Assembly (NCBI GenBank): GCA_965224705.1
Contig: OZ245056.1
Span: 1,504,001 to 1,568,000 of the forward strand
DNA length: 64,000 bases
Direction: 5' to 3'
From: Spirochaetaceae bacterium
GTDB taxonomy: Bacteria > Spirochaetota > Spirochaetia > DSM-2461
Below are positions 60,681 through 64,000 of the stretch, one piece after another. The notes beneath the pieces were generated by a model, which was not told the DNA's origin, did not search any database, and saw nothing but the letters and a program-made list of their open reading frames with translations. How positions within the stretch are numbered: position 1 is the stretch's first letter; each line of letters begins with the position of its first letter. Made by a program: the position numbers and the translations under genes.

Positions 60681-61124
60681 TCAGCCTTGATTCCTCCTGG
60701 CCCTCAGAGTTCTAAGTGCGGCATGGTGCCTGGACCATCCGCCAGCAAGATTATAAACTTCCCTGAAACCAAGAGATTTCATCATTCTCAGAGTAAGGCC
60801 GCTTCTACGGCCTGAGTTGCAGTAGATGAAGTAGGTTTTATTCCTATCCAGCCTATCAAGACGCTGCCGGAAATCCTTCTTGTAAAAATCTATTAAGAGA
60901 GCTCCTGGGGCATGCCCCTGCCTGAATTCATTCTGTGTTCTTACATCCAGAAGAATTGCCTGGTTTCTTATATTCTTTTCTTCCCAGATCTGAACGAACT
61001 TTTTGATATTGACGGTTCTTAGACTGAATTCCCGGGCGATACTCTCCTGTGTTCCATATAGGATGAATAAACCAGCGAGAGTTCCAATAAACAGCTTTTT
61101 TACGATTTGGTTTGATATTAACAT
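60681..61124 (-). CDS. Rhodanese-like protein with N-terminal signal/anchor
   Basis: LDVRT..EF..GH.PGA, YCNSGRRS, NLAGG. Confidence 0.88.
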   Translation of the reverse strand: MLISNQIVKKLFIGTLAGLFILYGTQESIAREFSLRTVNIKKFVQIWEEKNIRNQAILLDVRTQNEFRQGHAPGALLIDFYKKDFRQRLDRLDRNKTYFIYCNSGRRSGLTLRMMKSLGFREVYNLAGGWSRHHAALRTLRARRNQG

Positions 61125-61292
61125 GGTATGGACTCTAAATAATGAGAGTTGTTTTGTCCATTGTTTGTTATCAGACTTTATTTATTGTGAAACCTGTCAT
61201 CGGAAAATCCTGCTTATGAAGATCCATATAATCTCGTATCTTTCCCTTTTTCGACGAATAATCTATCGATTGAACGGCAATTTATGGTAAAC

Positions 61293-63116
61293 CTACTCCA
61301 CCGTGACAGACTTGGCCAGATTCCTGGGCTGATCCACGTCCCTGTCCAGTTCCAGGGCACAGTAATACGCAAACAGCTGCAGAGGAACCACCATCAGGAA
61401 GGGTGAAAACTCCTCACTTACCCTTGGAACAAAAAGTACATCATCTGCAATGGCCGCTGTTTCGGAATCGTCATCCATACAGAGAGCAATCACAGGGCCC
61501 CCCCGTGTCTTAATCTCCTTCATGTTGGAAATTATCTTTCTATGAAGATGATCATCAGGAACAATAAAAAGACTGGGTGTTCGTTCATTGATCAGAGCAA
61601 TGGGACCATGTTTTATCTCAGACGCACTGTACCCTTCAGCGTGGATATAGGCAATTTCCTTGAGCTTCAGAGCTCCTTCCATGGCCACCGCATAATTGAT
61701 TCCCCGGCCAAGGAATAAAAAGTTTCCCACTTTATGATACTTCTTTGCCAGGGCTTGAATTTCCTCAGCCTGTCCAAGGATGCGGCTCAGGTGCCGGGGC
61801 AGGGCCTGCAAGCCTTTGATAAACTGACTTCCTTCGGGCCAGGCCATGTGCCGCATGCGTGCCATTTTCAGTGCAAACAGATAGAGGGCCGTTAACTGAC
61901 TGGTAAATGCCTTGGTGGAAGCAACAGCGATTTCCGGTCCTGAGTGGATGTACACACCGCCATCGGATTCCCTGGCTATTGTTGACCCAACCACATTGCA
62001 GATGCCAAGAACCCTGGCCCCCTTACGCTGAATCTCCCGAACAGCCATGAGAGTATCCAGAGTTTCTCCGGACTGGCTTACAGCTAGATACAGAGTACTC
62101 TCTTCCACCAGAGGATTGCGGTATCGAAGTTCTGATGCCAGTTCGGTAACAGCCGGAATGCGGGCCAGGGATTCCAGAAGCCAGGCGGCTACCTGACCGG
62201 CATAATAACTGGTTCCGGCGGCAATTATTACAATACGTTTTACCCTCAGTAAATCCTGCTGATTCATATTCAAACCGCCAAGAACAGCAGAAGCTTGATC
62301 CTCATCAATACGTCCCTTCATGGTGCTGGGAATGGAGTCTGTCTGTTCGAATATCTCCTTGAGCATGAAGTGTGGAAAATCCCCCTTTTCCATCTCCTCA
62401 AGTTTCCACGAGATACTGTTAATCGTCTTGCTTACCGGACGGTTACGGAGGTCTGTAATCATGTAATCCGAAGAATTCATTTTGACCACTTCTCCATCTT
62501 CGAAATACACAACCTGTTTTGTATGAGCAATCATGGCTCCCACATCACTGGCGACGAATTTCTCATTATCTCCGATTCCCAACACCATGGGCGATCCATT
62601 TCGGGCTCCAATGATTTCTCCAGGATGATCAGCATGCATCACAAGTATTCCATAGGTCCCTTTGATAAGAGTCAGTACATCCTTGACAGCTTTCTCCAGA
62701 TCACCGTCATACAGGGATTCAATGAGATGGGCAATAACCTCTGAATCAGTATCTGAGTGAAATTCATGTCCCTCATCCAACAGTTTTTCCATGAGGCCAG
62801 TGTAGTTTTCGATAATTCCATTATGGCATATTGCAATTTTGCCGCTGCAATCCAGGTGGGGATGGGCATTGATATCGTTGACCGAGCCATGCGTGGCCCA
62901 TCGGGTATGGCCTATACCCCAACTCCCCTGAGTTTCATCCGGTATAATGCCTGTCAAATTGTGCAGCTTTCCTTCTTTCTTATAGGTTGTTAATGAGTTG
63001 TTGTGTCCCAGACATATTCCCGATGAGTCATATCCCCGGTATTCCAGCCGTTTCAGGCCGGATATAAGTACCTCTGAAACCTTTCTCGGACCACAATATC
63101 CAATAATACCACACAT
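61293..63116 (-). CDS. glmS: Glutamine-fructose-6-phosphate transaminase
   Basis: MCGIIG, GHTRWATHG, SQSGET, PRNLAKSVTVE. Confidence 0.98.
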   Translation of the reverse strand: MCGIIGYCGPRKVSEVLISGLKRLEYRGYDSSGICLGHNNSLTTYKKEGKLHNLTGIIPDETQGSWGIGHTRWATHGSVNDINAHPHLDCSGKIAICHNGIIENYTGLMEKLLDEGHEFHSDTDSEVIAHLIESLYDGDLEKAVKDVLTLIKGTYGILVMHADHPGEIIGARNGSPMVLGIGDNEKFVASDVGAMIAHTKQVVYFEDGEVVKMNSSDYMITDLRNRPVSKTINSISWKLEEMEKGDFPHFMLKEIFEQTDSIPSTMKGRIDEDQASAVLGGLNMNQQDLLRVKRIVIIAAGTSYYAGQVAAWLLESLARIPAVTELASELRYRNPLVEESTLYLAVSQSGETLDTLMAVREIQRKGARVLGICNVVGSTIARESDGGVYIHSGPEIAVASTKAFTSQLTALYLFALKMARMRHMAWPEGSQFIKGLQALPRHLSRILGQAEEIQALAKKYHKVGNFLFLGRGINYAVAMEGALKLKEIAYIHAEGYSASEIKHGPIALINERTPSLFIVPDDHLHRKIISNMKEIKTRGGPVIALCMDDDSETAAIADDVLFVPRVSEEFSPFLMVVPLQLFAYYCALELDRDVDQPRNLAKSVTVE

Positions 63117-63165
63117 TTTTTCATCCTTTTCAATAAAAAACCTGTTTCAACCCGTCATATACTAT

Positions 63166-64000
63166 ATGAACATTTTAGATTTATTGAAGCGAAGTCCATT
63201 GATTCTTCACAGAACCAGCGGCTTTACAGCGGTTCTGACATTTTTCATTATGTTTACCGCCTGTACTCCAAGTGCTCATCTTGATGGTCCTCCATACACC
63301 CTGGACATCCTTCCGCCGGTAATCCAGACGGCCGGAGTGCTTGATGAACAGAGGCTGGCATTCGAGTTTGATGAACAGGTTCAAGTTGTTCTTGAAGATG
63401 TTCATGTTGAACCCGAATTGGAAATCGCATCGACAGAATCCATGGGGAAGCAGCTCATTGTTCATTTTACTACAGATCAGGTAATCGGGTTGGCTTATAC
63501 AATCAGATTGAAAGTAGAAGACAATCAGGGAAATTCTCTCTCCTTCCTCTACGAATTTACAGGATGGAACCCCCGTGTGCCGAATCTGATCATTAATGAA
63601 TTCAATCCCAAAGGTTCAAAGACCACTCCCGATTGTGTGGAATTGTACTCCCTCAGCGATGGAAATCTTGGAGGGGTGGAACTTGTTATTGGTACAGAAG
63701 AAGAATACATTGACTCCTTTATTTTCCCGGCGATTGAAGTTCTTTCGGGAAGCTACATCGTCATCCATACGAAACCGGAAGGAACAGCCGATGAGATTGA
63801 TGAGTTGGAAGAGCTGAATATATCGGGCGGACGATTAGCAACGGATAATGCACGGGATTTCTGGATGAGAAACGCTCCAGGACTACCTGGCAGCAATGGT
63901 GCCCTTACTCTGTACAAACAAAGAGGCGGAGATATCATTGATGCGGTTATCTGGTCAAACAGAGAAGATAAACCCGATGATGAAAACCTGGGCTGGACCT
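63166..64000 (+). CDS. Spirochaete-type lipoprotein, truncated at window end
   Basis: Hand translation MNILDLL..MFTA-C.., later LIINEFNPKG..DCVEL lamin-tail-like motif; absent from ORF track because it has no stop in the window. Confidence 0.65.
   Translation, partial: MNILDLLKRSPLILHRTSGFTAVLTFFIMFTACTPSAHLDGPPYTLDILPPVIQTAGVLDEQRLAFEFDEQVQVVLEDVHVEPELEIASTESMGKQLIVHFTTDQVIGLAYTIRLKVEDNQGNSLSFLYEFTGWNPRVPNLIINEFNPKGSKTTPDCVELYSLSDGNLGGVELVIGTEEEYIDSFIFPAIEVLSGSYIVIHTKPEGTADEIDELEELNISGGRLATDNARDFWMRNAPGLPGSNGALTLYKQRGGDIIDAVIWSNREDKPDDENLGWT

Overview
Bacterial chromosome window, most likely from a spirochaete (spirochaete-type lipoproteins, secA/ftsI/lepB/Maf neighbourhood). Core-like genes lie at 1-3.8 kb (parAB, adenosine deaminase) and 37.8-64 kb (Maf, ftsI, lepB, M23, secA, NUDIX, a deoC/rpiB bacterial microcompartment operon, aceE-aceF-lpdA, livK-like, glmS). 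Between them is a ~34 kb accessory region. It holds three secreted caspase-like (C14) proteins with variable C-terminal domains, two AAA/PD-(D/E)XK paralogs, a GH38 sugar ABC locus, a 5'-nucleotidase, an intact IS1182, decayed IS1634/IS630 copies, three MITE end-types, an internally deleted group II intron, a nuclease-NACHT gene in an apparent integron-type cassette, and a eukaryote-like sterol reductase. The most unusual signal is a diversity-generating-retroelement-like TR/VR pair (35.2-35.9 kb) at the 3' end of a caspase-PEGA-FGE gene. No DGR reverse transcriptase or avd is present in the window, and the TR copy carries the target's own 3' end and GNA-loop hairpin. All alignments and counts were done by eye; family names come from motif recognition, not database searches.
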